From assembly GCA_035708065.1 (NCBI GenBank), contig DASSTC010000057.1:2788-66787 (forward strand): DNA of 64,000 nucleotides, written 5' to 3'. This document shows, in pieces, positions 19,735-29,256 of this stretch. A program made the position numbers and the translations under genes. The notes beneath the pieces were generated by a model. That model ran no database searches. It saw only the letters and a program-made list of their open reading frames with translations, and was not told where the DNA came from. How positions within the stretch are numbered: the first letter of the stretch is position 1; every line of letters begins with the position of its first letter. Source of the DNA: Candidatus Limnocylindria bacterium. GTDB taxonomy: Bacteria; Chloroflexota; Limnocylindria; QHBO01.

Positions 19735-20622
19735 ATGGCGCTCTACGAGATCCTGCGCGAGCCGCAGCTGACCGCGCCCGTCATCGTCGCCGCGCTCGAG
19801 GGCTGGGTCGACGCCGGCGGGGCCGGCACCACCGCTGCCGCACAGGTTGCCGACGACGGCGAGATCATCGCCACCTTCGACGCGGATGCGATCTTCGACT
19901 ACCGCGTGCGGCGGCCGACGCTCGATATCGTCGACGGCCGGCCGATGCGTCTCGAATGGTCGGCGCTGACGCTGACGCACCGCCGCATCGGCGAGCGCGA
20001 CGTGCTCGTCCTGCTCGGTGCGGAGCCCGACTATCGCTGGCGCGAGCTGGCGTCGGACGTGGTCGACCTGGCGCGGCGCTTCGGGGCCGTCGGCTGGGCG
20101 AGCCTCGGCTCGATCCCCGCGGCCGTCCCGCACACCCGGCCGGTGCCGGTGCTCGCCACCGCGTCGGCCAACGGGCTGCTGCCCGAGGGCATCAAGCAGG
20201 GACCGGACGGCCTGCTGCGCGTCCCAGCCGCCGCGCTGTCGGTGATGGAGGTCGAGGTGGCGGCCGCCGGCGTGCCGAGCATCGGGCTGTTCGCGCAGGT
20301 GCCGCACTACGTCAACACCTCGTACCCCGCGGCGTCGATCGCCCTGCTCACCGCCCTCGGCGCGTACCTTGGCGTCGACGTGCCGATGGGCCAGCTGGCA
20401 ACCCGGGCGCTGGAGCGGCGCAACCAGCTCGACAGCGCGGCGGCCTCGGATAGCGACACGAAGGCCCACGTCGAACGGCTCGAGCTTCTCGCCGACCAGT
20501 CACGACTCCCCGAGGGCGACGAGCTGATCGCGGACATCGAGCGATTCCTGCGCGATCGCGGCGGTGACGGGGGAGCAGGGGGAACCGGCGGCCCCGGCGG
20601 CGGAGGCGGCCGGCTGCACTAG
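19735..20622 (+). CDS. PAC2-family (proteasome assembly chaperone-like) protein
   Basis: MALYEILREPQLTAPVIVAALEGWVDAGGAG N-terminus typical of actinobacterial PAC2 proteins; Gly-rich tail. Confidence 0.8.
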   Translation: MALYEILREPQLTAPVIVAALEGWVDAGGAGTTAAAQVADDGEIIATFDADAIFDYRVRRPTLDIVDGRPMRLEWSALTLTHRRIGERDVLVLLGAEPDYRWRELASDVVDLARRFGAVGWASLGSIPAAVPHTRPVPVLATASANGLLPEGIKQGPDGLLRVPAAALSVMEVEVAAAGVPSIGLFAQVPHYVNTSYPAASIALLTALGAYLGVDVPMGQLATRALERRNQLDSAAASDSDTKAHVERLELLADQSRLPEGDELIADIERFLRDRGGDGGAGGTGGPGGGGGRLH

Positions 20623-21323
20623 CCGCCGGCGAGCGAAGCCAGCTCGTCGCGGAGCGCGACGAGGTCGGGATCCTCCCTGGCGAACTCGGCGACGTCGGGT
20701 CGCATCGCGAACGCATCGCGGAGCAGCGGCCGGGCGCGGTCGAGGCGGCCGGCGAGGGCATGTGCGCAGGCCAGGTTGTAGAAGCCCGTCCCGCGGTCGC
20801 GGTCGGGGAGCGTGGCCGTGCGCAGCATGTGCTCCTGGCCGTCCAGGAAGGCGGCCAGCCGCGCCTCGTCGAGCGCGACGCCGGCATCGGCCAACCAGCC
20901 GAAGTGGGTGATCGCGTGAAACGGCCCGTTGCCGAACGTGCCGGCCACCAGCCGCTCGTTGGCGGCGAGCGTCGCCTCGTCAGTCGCGGCGATCTCCGAG
21001 GCGAGCCGCTCGCTGACCTCGTCGGACTGGCGCACCACCTCGTCCCACGGCCAGTCGGCGGTTCGCGCGTGGAGCTCGGCGTTGATCTCGTCGTCCTCGC
21101 GCTCGTCGACGAGGGGCTCACGGCCGTTGCGAATCGCCTCGTAGCGATCGGCCTGCCGCTCCTTCCAGGCGGTGAGGTGCGCCTGGTGATCCTTGGGCGA
21201 CCAGTCGCCGGGACGCATCGGTCGATCGCGAACGTCGGGATCCAGCGCGTCGAAGATGTCGCGCTCGGCGTCGCGGGTGCTGAGCACGTGCTCGACGAGC
21301 GAGTCGCGGATGGAATCGGTCAT
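20619..21323 (-). CDS. DinB/ClbS-like four-helix-bundle domain protein
   Basis: MTDSIRDS...GDWSPKDHQAHLTAWKERQ pattern with a TPR-like C-terminal tail. Its stop overlaps the PAC2 stop (CTAG). Confidence 0.45.
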   Translation of the reverse strand: MTDSIRDSLVEHVLSTRDAERDIFDALDPDVRDRPMRPGDWSPKDHQAHLTAWKERQADRYEAIRNGREPLVDEREDDEINAELHARTADWPWDEVVRQSDEVSERLASEIAATDEATLAANERLVAGTFGNGPFHAITHFGWLADAGVALDEARLAAFLDGQEHMLRTATLPDRDRGTGFYNLACAHALAGRLDRARPLLRDAFAMRPDVAEFAREDPDLVALRDELASLAGG

Positions 21324-21448
21324 GCGGACAGTATCCGCCTCGCACGCCGTTGGTTCATGCGCGCCTGCAGGCCGGCGGCAGGACGAACGGGTCATGGCGG
21401 TACCGGTCGCATCGGTCCGACGATGAGCCCACCGAACGAGGGACCTGC

Positions 21449-22534
21449 GTGTTCGACGAATCCAAACTGCCCGAGGTGGTCCGCGCCCTGGAGCGCCGCG
21501 AGGCGTCGCTGTGGCATGCCTGCCAGCTCCTCGAGCTGGCGGCCTGGCTGCGGCTGGGCGGGATCGCCTCCGGCCCCGCCTTCGCGCGATCCGGCCTGTC
21601 TGCCCCCGATCGGACCGATGCCGGCGCGCGCATCCGGTTCCATCTCGACGACATCGGGCACGGCTTCGCCGGCGGCTGGGCGACGATGCCGGACCTGTCC
21701 GGGCCGATCGCTTTGCAGCTGGCTCCCGCCGCGCTCAGCGATGCAACCGATGCGACAGTCACGCTGCGTTCGTCGCTGGCCAGCGGCGACGAGGCGGGGA
21801 GCGGCTCGCTGAGCGACCCGCGCACCGTGGACGAGCTCTTCTGGCACGAGTGGCAGATCGGCTTCCCGCGGAGCACCTGGATGCGCTTCGGCGACCATCT
21901 GCAGGGCAACTTCGGCGGGCGCGATGCGAGCACGGTCGACGTGCTCGTCACCCCGCGGCACGCCTCGATGGGGCTGCAGCATGTCGTGGCGGTGTGGGTC
22001 GACCCCGTCGAGCTGAACGGCGTGCAGCTCATCGACGTCGTGTCCGGACTGTGCGAGGAGCTCGGCGTTCCGTTGCGCATCCGGCGCCGCACCATGGTCG
22101 ACCCCCGGCGTGCCGACGTGTGGACGGACATCACGCGCCTGTTGTGCAACGGCCCCCTGCCGCTGCTGCGCCTGGTCAAGCGGGTCGATGCGTCGGACGC
22201 GTTTCGAAGCTGGGCCGCGGAGATGCGAGCCGCCGGACGGTCCGAGGCGTGGGAGCGCTTCGCGCACGGTCTGTACGACGGCACGCTGCGTCCGTTGGTC
22301 GCCGCCGCACGTGCCGGGGAGCCGAGCGGCGACGGGTTCTGGTCGCGCTCCCGGCGACAGCCGCCGGCCGTGGAGGAGCGGCCGCGCGCCCGCAAGCGCA
22401 CGGCCACGCTCACCCGGACTGAGCCGGTGCGTGCCTGCGGCCACCCCGTGCAGGAGTGGGACAGCGGCGTGTGCTACGCCTGCCTCGCTCGCGCGCGCAG
22501 CGCCTGGCGCTACGAGACCCGCTCCGACGAGTAG
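21449..22534 (+). CDS. hypothetical protein (no family recognised)
   Basis: Balanced amino-acid composition (W, F, D, E), unlike the Arg-rich alternative frames. GAGGGA lies 6 nt before GTG 21449. Cys-containing C-terminus CGHPVQEWDSGVCYAC. Confidence 0.5.
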   Translation: MFDESKLPEVVRALERREASLWHACQLLELAAWLRLGGIASGPAFARSGLSAPDRTDAGARIRFHLDDIGHGFAGGWATMPDLSGPIALQLAPAALSDATDATVTLRSSLASGDEAGSGSLSDPRTVDELFWHEWQIGFPRSTWMRFGDHLQGNFGGRDASTVDVLVTPRHASMGLQHVVAVWVDPVELNGVQLIDVVSGLCEELGVPLRIRRRTMVDPRRADVWTDITRLLCNGPLPLLRLVKRVDASDAFRSWAAEMRAAGRSEAWERFAHGLYDGTLRPLVAAARAGEPSGDGFWSRSRRQPPAVEERPRARKRTATLTRTEPVRACGHPVQEWDSGVCYACLARARSAWRYETRSDE

Positions 22535-22537
22535 CGC

Positions 22538-24211
22538 TCAGCGCGCCACGTCGCGCCGCTGCATGCCCCAGCTGCCAAGCACGATGCCACCCACCGCCAC
22601 CACCGCGCAGGCCGCGATGCCGGCGGCGTCCCACTGGCCGACCATCGGCTGGCCGAGGTGCGAGGTGAGCGCCAGCTGGTGGACCCAGTCGGGCAGGTTG
22701 AGCGGGGGAGCCAGCAGGTCGACCAGGTAGGTCGCCACCACCGCGACTGCGGCGATCTCGCCGGCCAGCGACGTGCGCCACAGGCCACCCGCGGCGAAGC
22801 CGACGCCGACGACCGCCGCGGCGTACAGGCCCATCGCGACCGACCCCGCCATCGCGGTGCCGACCGCGACCTCGCCCGACGCGCCGCCGGCACCGATCGC
22901 CACCGCGAAGATGAGCGTCATGACGGCGACCGCCAGCAGCGCGCCGAACGCTCCGTCGATCACCCAGCCGACACGCGTCTGCGGCGTGGCCAGGATCTCC
23001 TCCAGGCGGCCGTCGGTCTCATCGGATGCCCACTTCGCGACGAACGTCGCGGCGGCGAAGCCGGCGGCGATGTAGAACAGCTGCAGGAACAGCTGCAGGA
23101 ACCCGCCCGCCGAGGCGAGGTCGAAGGTGGGGAACGCGATCCGGAACGTGCGGAGCAGGTCCGGCGATGCGCCGATCTGCCGTGACATCGGTCCGACCAG
23201 CGAGGCGAGGGTGGCCGCGAAGAGGCCGATACCCACGCCCCAGGCCACCGCCCGCGGCAGCTGGTCCGCGAACGCTCGGCCGACCGGGCCGCGCACCCCG
23301 AGGAGCGCCGCCGGCAGCGGTGGCAGGCCGATGCGAGCGGTGACGCCCATGTCGCGCCGGGCAAAGAGCTCGACGCCGATCGCCAGGAACGCCGCCGCCG
23401 CGATGCCCACCAGCGCCAGGCCCGCCCAGTCGTACTGGCCGGCAAGCGCGACGTGGTTCGCCGTCCAGCGGAAGGGGCTCAGCGCCGCGAGCGGCCCGAG
23501 CACATCGAGCCCGTTGGCGGCCCACAGGATCGCCAACGCGACGCCGGCAAGGCCCGCCGCGGCGCCACGGCCGAGCAGCGGAGCGAGGGCGAAGGCCAGG
23601 CCGCCGAAGAAGAGCGCGTTGAAGCCGAGCCACAGGGCGAAGCCGACCGACGAGAGCAGCGGGACGGGATCGCCGAGTGCCGGGTTGCCGTAGGCGTTGG
23701 AGCTGACCGTGGTCATGACCACGAGCACCGCGAGGGCGAGCACGAGCATCGTCAGGTGCGCGGCAAGCTTCTCGAGCGCGATCCGCCGTTTGCCGAACGG
23801 CCCCGCCGCCACGATGTCGAGGCTGCCCCGGCTGGCCTCGCCCGCGAGGGTCGACGAGAGCGCCAGGATCGACCAGATCCCCGTGAGCAGCACGAAGACG
23901 AGGCCGTATTTCCACGTGAGGTAGCCGCCGAACGTGCCGAGCGCGACCGGCTTGCCGAAGAAGGTGACCATCTCCGGCGGCATGCCACCGATGAGGGCGT
24001 CGATCTCGTGACGCGCCTCGGGCGTGGGGAACACGCTCGGGATCGCGGCGCCCATCGCCAGCGCCAGGCCGCCGAGCAGGCCCGCCGCGATGATGAACGC
24101 AAGGCGCGAGTCGCGGATCGTCTTGGCGTAGATGCTCCCGAAGCCGTAGACCCGCGTCAGCAGCGGGATGCGCTGCGGGACGCCGGACGCAGGCTGCGCC
24201 AGGGCGGTCAT
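22538..24211 (-). CDS. ABC-2-type transporter permease (large, about 12 TM)
   Basis: 557 aa polytopic protein; ATGA overlap with the upstream ABC ATPase. Confidence 0.8.
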   Translation of the reverse strand: MTALAQPASGVPQRIPLLTRVYGFGSIYAKTIRDSRLAFIIAAGLLGGLALAMGAAIPSVFPTPEARHEIDALIGGMPPEMVTFFGKPVALGTFGGYLTWKYGLVFVLLTGIWSILALSSTLAGEASRGSLDIVAAGPFGKRRIALEKLAAHLTMLVLALAVLVVMTTVSSNAYGNPALGDPVPLLSSVGFALWLGFNALFFGGLAFALAPLLGRGAAAGLAGVALAILWAANGLDVLGPLAALSPFRWTANHVALAGQYDWAGLALVGIAAAAFLAIGVELFARRDMGVTARIGLPPLPAALLGVRGPVGRAFADQLPRAVAWGVGIGLFAATLASLVGPMSRQIGASPDLLRTFRIAFPTFDLASAGGFLQLFLQLFYIAAGFAAATFVAKWASDETDGRLEEILATPQTRVGWVIDGAFGALLAVAVMTLIFAVAIGAGGASGEVAVGTAMAGSVAMGLYAAAVVGVGFAAGGLWRTSLAGEIAAVAVVATYLVDLLAPPLNLPDWVHQLALTSHLGQPMVGQWDAAGIAACAVVAVGGIVLGSWGMQRRDVAR

Positions 24212-25113
24212 GCGCTCACCCCGTGGCCAGTCTCGCTGTACTGGGCCAGGAAGGTCTCCTCGAGGCTCGGTTCGCGGCTCACGAAGTCGGCGAGCTCGAA
24301 CCGCGCCGCCTCCTTCACGACGGGCGCAATCGGTCCTGAGACGTGCATGCGCAGGGTGTGGTCATCGGCGGTCACGTTGCTGACGCCCTCGATCCGTTCG
24401 AACGCCTCGACCGGCACCGGACCGCTGAAGCGCAGCTCGACCTGGTGCGCCGCCAGGTCGCGCAACGCGTCGACCCGGTCGACCTTGACCAGCTCGCCGC
24501 CGCGGATGATCGCGACGCGGTCACAGGTCTTCTCGACCTCCGACAGGACGTGGCTCGACATAAAGACGGTGCGACCCTCCGCCTTCGCCTCGGCGATCAC
24601 CGCGAAGAAGGTCTGCTGCACGAGCGGGTCGAGCCCGGAGGTCGGCTCGTCGAGGATGAGCAGGTCGGGCCGATGCTGCAGCGCCGCGATGAGCCCGATC
24701 TTCTGCTTGTTGCCCTTCGAGTACTCCTTGTAGCGCCGCGACGGATCGACGTCGAAGCGTTCGATCAGCGAGCGCTGGTAGGACCGATCCACGCCGCCGC
24801 GCAGGTTGGCGAAGTACTGGAGCGTCTGGCCGCCGGTCAGGCGGTCGTAGAGCGCGAATTCGCCGGGCAGGTAGCCGATGCGCCGATGGATGGCGACCGG
24901 GTCCTCGGTCGTCTGGATGCCGAAGACGAACGCTCGGCCGCCGGTCGGCCGGATGAGGTCCAGCAGCGTGCGGATCGTCGTCGTCTTGCCGGCGCCGTTG
25001 GGGCCGAGGAAGCCAAAAACCTCGTTCTCTTCGACCGTCAGGTCGACGTCGGTGATGCCTCGATGCGCCCCGTACGCCTTCGTCAGCTTCTCGGTGTGGA
25101 TGACTGCGGTCAC
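24208..25113 (-). CDS. ABC transporter ATP-binding protein
   Basis: GPNGAGKTT Walker A, YSKGNKQKIGL signature, LILDEPTSGLD Walker B. AAGGAG SD precedes GTG 25113; GTGA overlap with the tetR stop. Confidence 0.9.
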   Translation of the reverse strand: MTAVIHTEKLTKAYGAHRGITDVDLTVEENEVFGFLGPNGAGKTTTIRTLLDLIRPTGGRAFVFGIQTTEDPVAIHRRIGYLPGEFALYDRLTGGQTLQYFANLRGGVDRSYQRSLIERFDVDPSRRYKEYSKGNKQKIGLIAALQHRPDLLILDEPTSGLDPLVQQTFFAVIAEAKAEGRTVFMSSHVLSEVEKTCDRVAIIRGGELVKVDRVDALRDLAAHQVELRFSGPVPVEAFERIEGVSNVTADDHTLRMHVSGPIAPVVKEAARFELADFVSREPSLEETFLAQYSETGHGVSA

Positions 25114-25835
25114 CTGGGGTTGCTCCTTTCGAGCGGTGCTTGCTCCGTGAACGAACCGAACCACTCGCGAACGACCGATGGATCGACGAGCTCGAGCGTT
25201 CCGCGCGGGACGCCCAGGATCTTCTCGAGTGCGCCGAGGTAGCCGGCGAAGGTCGACTCGACGTCGGCGACCGACACCTCGCCCGCCTGCGCCGCGAGAT
25301 AAAGGTGGCCGGCCCGCTCGTTGAGCGCGAGCAGCAGCGCCACGAACACCTCGGCCGAGTTCGCCGGAGCCGAGGCATCGAACGTCCCCTCGGCATTTCC
25401 CTGCTCGATGATCCGGCGCAGAACCGGCGTCATGCGCTCGCTGACGTGACGGCGGAACTTCTCGCGAACGACGATGTTCTCTTCGGAATACCACGTGTCG
25501 AGCAGCGCGAGCAGCAGCTCCTTGCGCTGCGTCTTCCAGCTGCTGATGCCGGCGAACAGCCGGCTGAGCTTCTGGGGGGCGGGGACCGTCGAGTCGTCAA
25601 GCAGCGGATTCGCATTGGCGAGCGCCGCCGCGGTCATCCGTTCGACGATCCCCTCGAGCAGATCGGCCTTCGACCCGAAGTAGTGGTAGAAGGCGCCCTT
25701 CGACGCGCCGGTCGCAGCCAGCACGTCCTGGACGCTGACCTGATCGAATCCCTTCGACGCCATCAAGGCCTGTCCGGCGTCGATGAACCGGTCGCGGCGC
25801 AGGCCGTGGGCGACCGGATCGAGCGTGCGAGCCAC
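25110..25835 (-). CDS. TetR/AcrR-family transcriptional regulator
   Basis: N-terminal HTH block FDQVSVQDVLAATGASKGAFYHYFGSKADLL; first gene of the tetR-ATPase-permease operon. Confidence 0.9.
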   Translation of the reverse strand: MARTLDPVAHGLRRDRFIDAGQALMASKGFDQVSVQDVLAATGASKGAFYHYFGSKADLLEGIVERMTAAALANANPLLDDSTVPAPQKLSRLFAGISSWKTQRKELLLALLDTWYSEENIVVREKFRRHVSERMTPVLRRIIEQGNAEGTFDASAPANSAEVFVALLLALNERAGHLYLAAQAGEVSVADVESTFAGYLGALEKILGVPRGTLELVDPSVVREWFGSFTEQAPLERSNPR

Positions 25836-25858
25836 GTGTTCCTGTCGCCTCCGAGTAA

Positions 25859-25881
25859 CTTAGACCGACGGTCGGTTTAAG
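25859..25881. promoter_or_regulatory. candidate TetR operator, 23-bp near-perfect palindrome
   Basis: CTTAGACCGAC-G-GTCGGTTTAAG (one arm mismatch) lies 24 nt upstream of the tetR GTG, in a locally AT-richer stretch. Confidence 0.55.
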
Positions 25882-26117
25882 AATAGCCTCGGTGTCAAGG
25901 GCCTCGGACGGCGTGGGGTGCCCGCCTCAGTAACCGCGCGGGTCGCTCGAGCCCTCACTCTCCTCGTCGGCTGCGGGAACGTCCGTGCCAATGCCACCCC
26001 GCACCCGTGGCGGCCGGCGGCCGAAGCCGCGGTTGGTCCCACCCAGGCCGGCCAGGCCCTCGACCTCGGTCTTCTCGCCGCCGCCGGCGCCGGACCGATG
26101 CAGGAAGTGCGCCTCGT

Positions 26118-27014
26118 TCAGCGTGTCCGATCACGCATGCGGGTCGTCGCGTCGGCGAGGCGTCGCACCGCCTCCGGCGTCGAAGGGTAGGTCGTCACCA
26201 TGACGTGGCCGACGCCGGCCCGTGCGTAGTCGTCCAGGCCGGCGGCGATGTCGACGGTCGACCCGGACAGCGAGACCTTCGGGGTCGGGCCGTTGCCGAC
26301 GAGGTCGCCGAACACGACGTTCAGGCCGACGGTCAGCTCGATCGATGCGAAGTCGCGGCCGACGTGCGCGCACGCCGTGCGAAGCGGCGCGATCCGCTCC
26401 TCGAGCCCCGAGACCGGGCCGAGCCACGCGCAGTTGAACGCGTCGGCGAGCTCGGCGACGAGCCGCATCATGCGAGGCCGCCGTGCCGCCATGAGCAGCG
26501 GCGTGCGAACCGCCGGGGAAGGCAGCAGGACCACGTCGCGTGCCACGTGGTGCCGGCCCTCGAACGAGGCGGACCCGTCCCGCAGCAGCGCGGCGAGGAT
26601 ACGCACTCCCTCCTCGAAGGCGCCGACCCGGCCCGCGAACGGGAAGCCGAAGGCGTCGAACTCCGGCTCATGCCATCCTGCACCCACCCCGAGGATCAGG
26701 CGGCCGTCGCTGACCTCCTGCAGCGTCGCGGCCATCTTGGCGAGGAGCGCCGGGTTGCGGAACGCCATCGCCAGCACGAGCGTTCCGAGCTGGACGCGCG
26801 AAGTCTCGGCTGCCAGCGCCGACAGGATCGTCCAGCCTTCGTGTTGCCCCTCGGGGCGCTCGCCGGGGAAGCGAAAGAGGAGGTGATCGAAGACCCAGAT
26901 GGAGTCGAGGCCCGACTCTTCGGTCGCCCGGGCCATCGCGCGCAGCTCCGCGTAGGTGGAGTAACGTCCGAATGCGTCGTCGAGCCCGATCGGCATCACC
27001 ACGCCGACCTTCAT
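26118..27014 (-). CDS. LLM-class (luciferase-like) flavin/F420-dependent oxidoreductase
   Basis: MKVGVVMP...GLDSIWVFDHL...LILGVGAGW pattern; ATGA overlap with the upstream gene. Confidence 0.85.
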   Translation of the reverse strand: MKVGVVMPIGLDDAFGRYSTYAELRAMARATEESGLDSIWVFDHLLFRFPGERPEGQHEGWTILSALAAETSRVQLGTLVLAMAFRNPALLAKMAATLQEVSDGRLILGVGAGWHEPEFDAFGFPFAGRVGAFEEGVRILAALLRDGSASFEGRHHVARDVVLLPSPAVRTPLLMAARRPRMMRLVAELADAFNCAWLGPVSGLEERIAPLRTACAHVGRDFASIELTVGLNVVFGDLVGNGPTPKVSLSGSTVDIAAGLDDYARAGVGHVMVTTYPSTPEAVRRLADATTRMRDRTR

Positions 27015-27652
27015 GCGGCGCGGCCCCGGAGATGCCGCACCACCTCGTCGGCGAGCGCCTCGAGCCCGCGGCGATGGACCGTGACGCGGTGGGCGACGTG
27101 GCAGACATCGAACCGGTACAGCGCGCTGACCTTGTGCGGCAGCGGTGTCGGCGCCCAGATGACGAGGAGCTGCGCCCAGGCGCAGTCTCGCAGCGCATCG
27201 GTCTGGTTCGGCAGGTTCGAGGTGCCGTCGACGAAGCGCAGGTTCATTCCGGCGAGCTCGCGCTCGAGCTCGACGTAGGCCGGTGGCCGGCCACCGACGA
27301 CCAGGACGCGACGGATGCCAGCGGTCACGCACGCATCGGCCATCGCGCGCAGTGCGCGGCGGTTGTTCGAGCCGGAGCAGATCGAGCAGTGCGGCTTGGC
27401 GACCTCGAGCGGCAGGCGGCCGTCCCTCCCGACCGCGGCGGCACATGAGGCATCGGCGCAATGACGGACCACCGCGGCGTCGAGCGCGGCGCGGACGCGA
27501 TCCAGCTTCTCGGCCGCCATGCGCTCCTTGCCGGGCCGCGTCAGCCCGGCCGCCTCCAGCACGCCGCGCGCGGCCGCGCGCGCATCGGCCGTGACGAAGC
27601 CTTCGTCACGCAGCAACGCGTCGATCAGGAGGTCGGGCATGCAGCGAACCAT
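27011..27652 (-). CDS. hypothetical protein, Cys4 segment + DUF2325-like C-terminal domain
   Basis: HCADASC...HCSICSG, then RRVLVVGGRPPAY...LLVIWAPTPLPHKV..., resembling DUF2325. GGAGG lies 4 nt before ATG 27652. Confidence 0.6.
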   Translation of the reverse strand: MVRCMPDLLIDALLRDEGFVTADARAAARGVLEAAGLTRPGKERMAAEKLDRVRAALDAAVVRHCADASCAAAVGRDGRLPLEVAKPHCSICSGSNNRRALRAMADACVTAGIRRVLVVGGRPPAYVELERELAGMNLRFVDGTSNLPNQTDALRDCAWAQLLVIWAPTPLPHKVSALYRFDVCHVAHRVTVHRRGLEALADEVVRHLRGRAA

Positions 27653-27682
27653 AGCGCCTCCGCATCGGTCATCATCCCGGGC

Positions 27683-28567
27683 ATGTCTTCGCGGACCGAT
27701 ACGGTCGCAGCCACCGACGGCACGCCGCTGCTGACCCGCTCGTGGCCGGTCGCCGGCAAGCCATGGGCGGTCCTCCTGCTGGTGCACGGCCTGTCGGAGC
27801 ACTCCGGTCGCTACGAGCACGTCGGGGAGTGGCTGGCAGCGGCCGGCCTCGAGGTGCACGCCTACGACCATCGCGGCTTCGGCGGTTCGGGCGGCAGGCG
27901 CGGAGACGTGCCGCGCTGGTCGCTGCTGCTCGACGACCTGGAGCAGCGGCTGGCGGCGGTGCGCCGTCCCGGCCTGCCGGTGGCGCTGTACGGGCACTCG
28001 ATGGGCGGGCTGATCTGCGTCGAGTACGCCGAGAGCTCGCGGCCGCAGCCGGACGCACTCGTCGTCTCATCCCCTGCGCTCGATTCGAGTCACCCGCGCT
28101 ACCTGCACTGGCTGGCCGCGGTCGTCGGCCGCATCGTGCCGTGGCTCAGCGTGCCGGGCGGAGACGACTTCTCGGTGCTGTCACGAGATCCGGCGGTCGG
28201 GGCGGCATTCGCGCACGACCCGCTCGTCGTCAACCGCGCGACGGCGCGCTTCGGCCGCGAAGTGTTCGAGGCCCAACGCCGCACCCGGCGGCGGCTGCCG
28301 CGGATCCACATCCCGACGTTGGTGATGCACGGCGATTCGGACCGGCTCGTGCCGCCGTCGGCATCGGCGGCGCTCGGTCGACTGGCCGGCGCCACGCGGC
28401 GCGTGTATCCGGGCCTGCGCCACGAGCTGCACAACGAGCCGGAGGCCCGGCACATCGTGGCCGACGTCGTCGCCTGGCTGCGGTCACGCCTCGTCGACGA
28501 CGACCGGCTCCTCGAGCACGACCGGACGGCGCACGAAGAAGAGCAGCGCCGCCCCGAGCAGCAGTGA
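27683..28567 (+). CDS. alpha/beta hydrolase (lysophospholipase / monoacylglycerol-lipase-like)
   Basis: HGLSEHSGRY, nucleophile elbow GHSMGG, and a late GLRHELHNE His region. Confidence 0.85.
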   Translation: MSSRTDTVAATDGTPLLTRSWPVAGKPWAVLLLVHGLSEHSGRYEHVGEWLAAAGLEVHAYDHRGFGGSGGRRGDVPRWSLLLDDLEQRLAAVRRPGLPVALYGHSMGGLICVEYAESSRPQPDALVVSSPALDSSHPRYLHWLAAVVGRIVPWLSVPGGDDFSVLSRDPAVGAAFAHDPLVVNRATARFGREVFEAQRRTRRRLPRIHIPTLVMHGDSDRLVPPSASAALGRLAGATRRVYPGLRHELHNEPEARHIVADVVAWLRSRLVDDDRLLEHDRTAHEEEQRRPEQQ

Positions 28568-29188
28568 GCCGAGCGCCGGGACCGAGAGCCAGGCCAGCAG
28601 TGCCAGGAAGGCGAGGCGCAGCCCACCGCCGGCGATGATCGCGGCCGTGCCGCGACTCCCGCTCAGGGCCTCGAGCCGGACGGTCAGGCGCTGCATGTCG
28701 TCGTGCAGGCGGTCGAGGTCGCTGCCGCTCGTGTCGAGCGCGGTGCTGATCGAGTCGAGGTCGCCCGACAGGCTCTGCAGCTGGGTCGACAGCTCGTTGA
28801 AGTTGGCGGCCATCGGCAGCAGCGGCTGGGTGCCGAAGATCGAGAGGGACATCGCCCCCGCCAGCTGCGCGCTCGTGGTGGACGCCTGGTCGACCAGGTT
28901 GCCGGCGTCGTCGGCCGCGGTGCTGCTCTGGGTCACGCCGCCGCGCAGGTTGTCGAGCGCGGTCACCGAGCTGCGGGCCGTGGTGGCCGCCGCGGTCAGC
29001 GTGCTCGACAGTGACCCCGTCAGCTGCTCGGCACGGCCGAGTGCGGCGCCGCCGACCAGGAGGGAGACGACGATCAGCACGATGCCCAGCACGCCGTAGG
29101 CGACGAGCCCGACGCCCGCCGCGCGGGCGACGCCCGGACCGATGCTGATGCCGGTGACAGAGCGATTGGTCATGGGGCGGCCACGCAT
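28484..29188 (-). CDS. hypothetical two-TM membrane protein with Ser/Thr/Ala-rich helical ectodomain
   Basis: Hydrophobic segments at both ends flank a long S/T/A/L/D-rich region. It overlaps the lipase 3' end by 84 nt (convergent). Confidence 0.55.
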   Translation of the reverse strand: MRGRPMTNRSVTGISIGPGVARAAGVGLVAYGVLGIVLIVVSLLVGGAALGRAEQLTGSLSSTLTAAATTARSSVTALDNLRGGVTQSSTAADDAGNLVDQASTTSAQLAGAMSLSIFGTQPLLPMAANFNELSTQLQSLSGDLDSISTALDTSGSDLDRLHDDMQRLTVRLEALSGSRGTAAIIAGGGLRLAFLALLAWLSVPALGSLLLGAALLFFVRRPVVLEEPVVVDEA

Positions 29189-29256
29189 GCAACAGCGGTG
29201 CCCGCTGGCATGCCCGGTGCTGGGAGAGCGCCCAACGCTGCATCCACGGGGGAACG

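Noticed and set aside
20550-20622. Gly-codon-rich repetitive stretch (GGC/GGA runs) at the PAC2 3' end
   Set aside because: It is an in-frame low-complexity Gly-rich protein tail (GGDGGAGGTGGPGGGGG), not a tandem DNA repeat array or CRISPR.
28484-28567. 84-nt overlap of convergent genes (lipase and membrane protein)
   Set aside because: It most likely reflects late stop codons in high-GC DNA extending both C-termini. There is no evidence for functional antisense regulation.
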